From: Felis catus
Lineage: Eukaryota
Assembly: GCF_018350175.1 (NCBI RefSeq)
Contig: NC_058368.1
Coordinates: forward strand, 236,656,001-236,720,000
Direction: 5' to 3'
Length of the DNA stretch: 64,000 bases
Position 1 is the stretch's first letter. Each line of letters opens with the position of its first letter. Position numbers and translations under genes: made by a program. The notes beneath the pieces were generated by a model, which searched no databases, was not told the origin of the DNA, and was given only the letters and a program-made list of their open reading frames with translations. Shown in pieces: positions 63,954-64,000 of this stretch.

Positions 63954-64000
63954 CTTTTTAAAATATTTATTTCTTTTGAGAAAGAGGAGAGTGTGAGCAG
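63954..64000 (-). mobile_element. CAN-SINE 3' end, cut by window edge
   Basis: 'tttttaaaatatttatttcttttgagaaagaggagagtgtgagcag'. Confidence 0.8.

Noticed and set aside
1..64000. Apparent excess of AP-1 TGASTCA sites (about 14 noticed)
   Set aside because: Roughly 8 expected by chance at uniform composition; a hand count is not enough to claim enrichment

Overview
Non-coding eukaryotic genomic DNA from a carnivore, almost certainly a felid. The window holds 24 tRNA-derived CAN-SINE copies, three of them matching the young cat-type SINEC_Fc, plus a carnivore L1 3' end. Older mammalian repeats (L1M/HAL1-like, L2, MIR, MLT1, LTR33-like, MER5-like) and microsatellites fill much of the rest. I could not recognise any protein-coding exon, structural RNA gene, CRISPR array or prokaryote-type system. 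Several long ORFs in the track are simple-repeat or antisense-repeat translations; the rest show no recognisable homology. The window reads as intergenic or deep-intronic DNA. The best non-repeat signals are two CpG-rich promoter-like patches (~15.4-15.7 kb and ~57.1-57.5 kb) carrying splice donors, and several exon-shaped segments that could belong to unannotated spliced non-coding RNAs. Clear structural features include a 5'-inverted (twin-primed) L1, a SINE nested in another SINE's tail, three close inverted SINE pairs and a 25-bp minisatellite grown from an L2/MIR terminal motif. I found no convincing novel biological system. Repeat family names come from visual similarity to remembered consensus sequences, and the boundaries of old elements are approximate.
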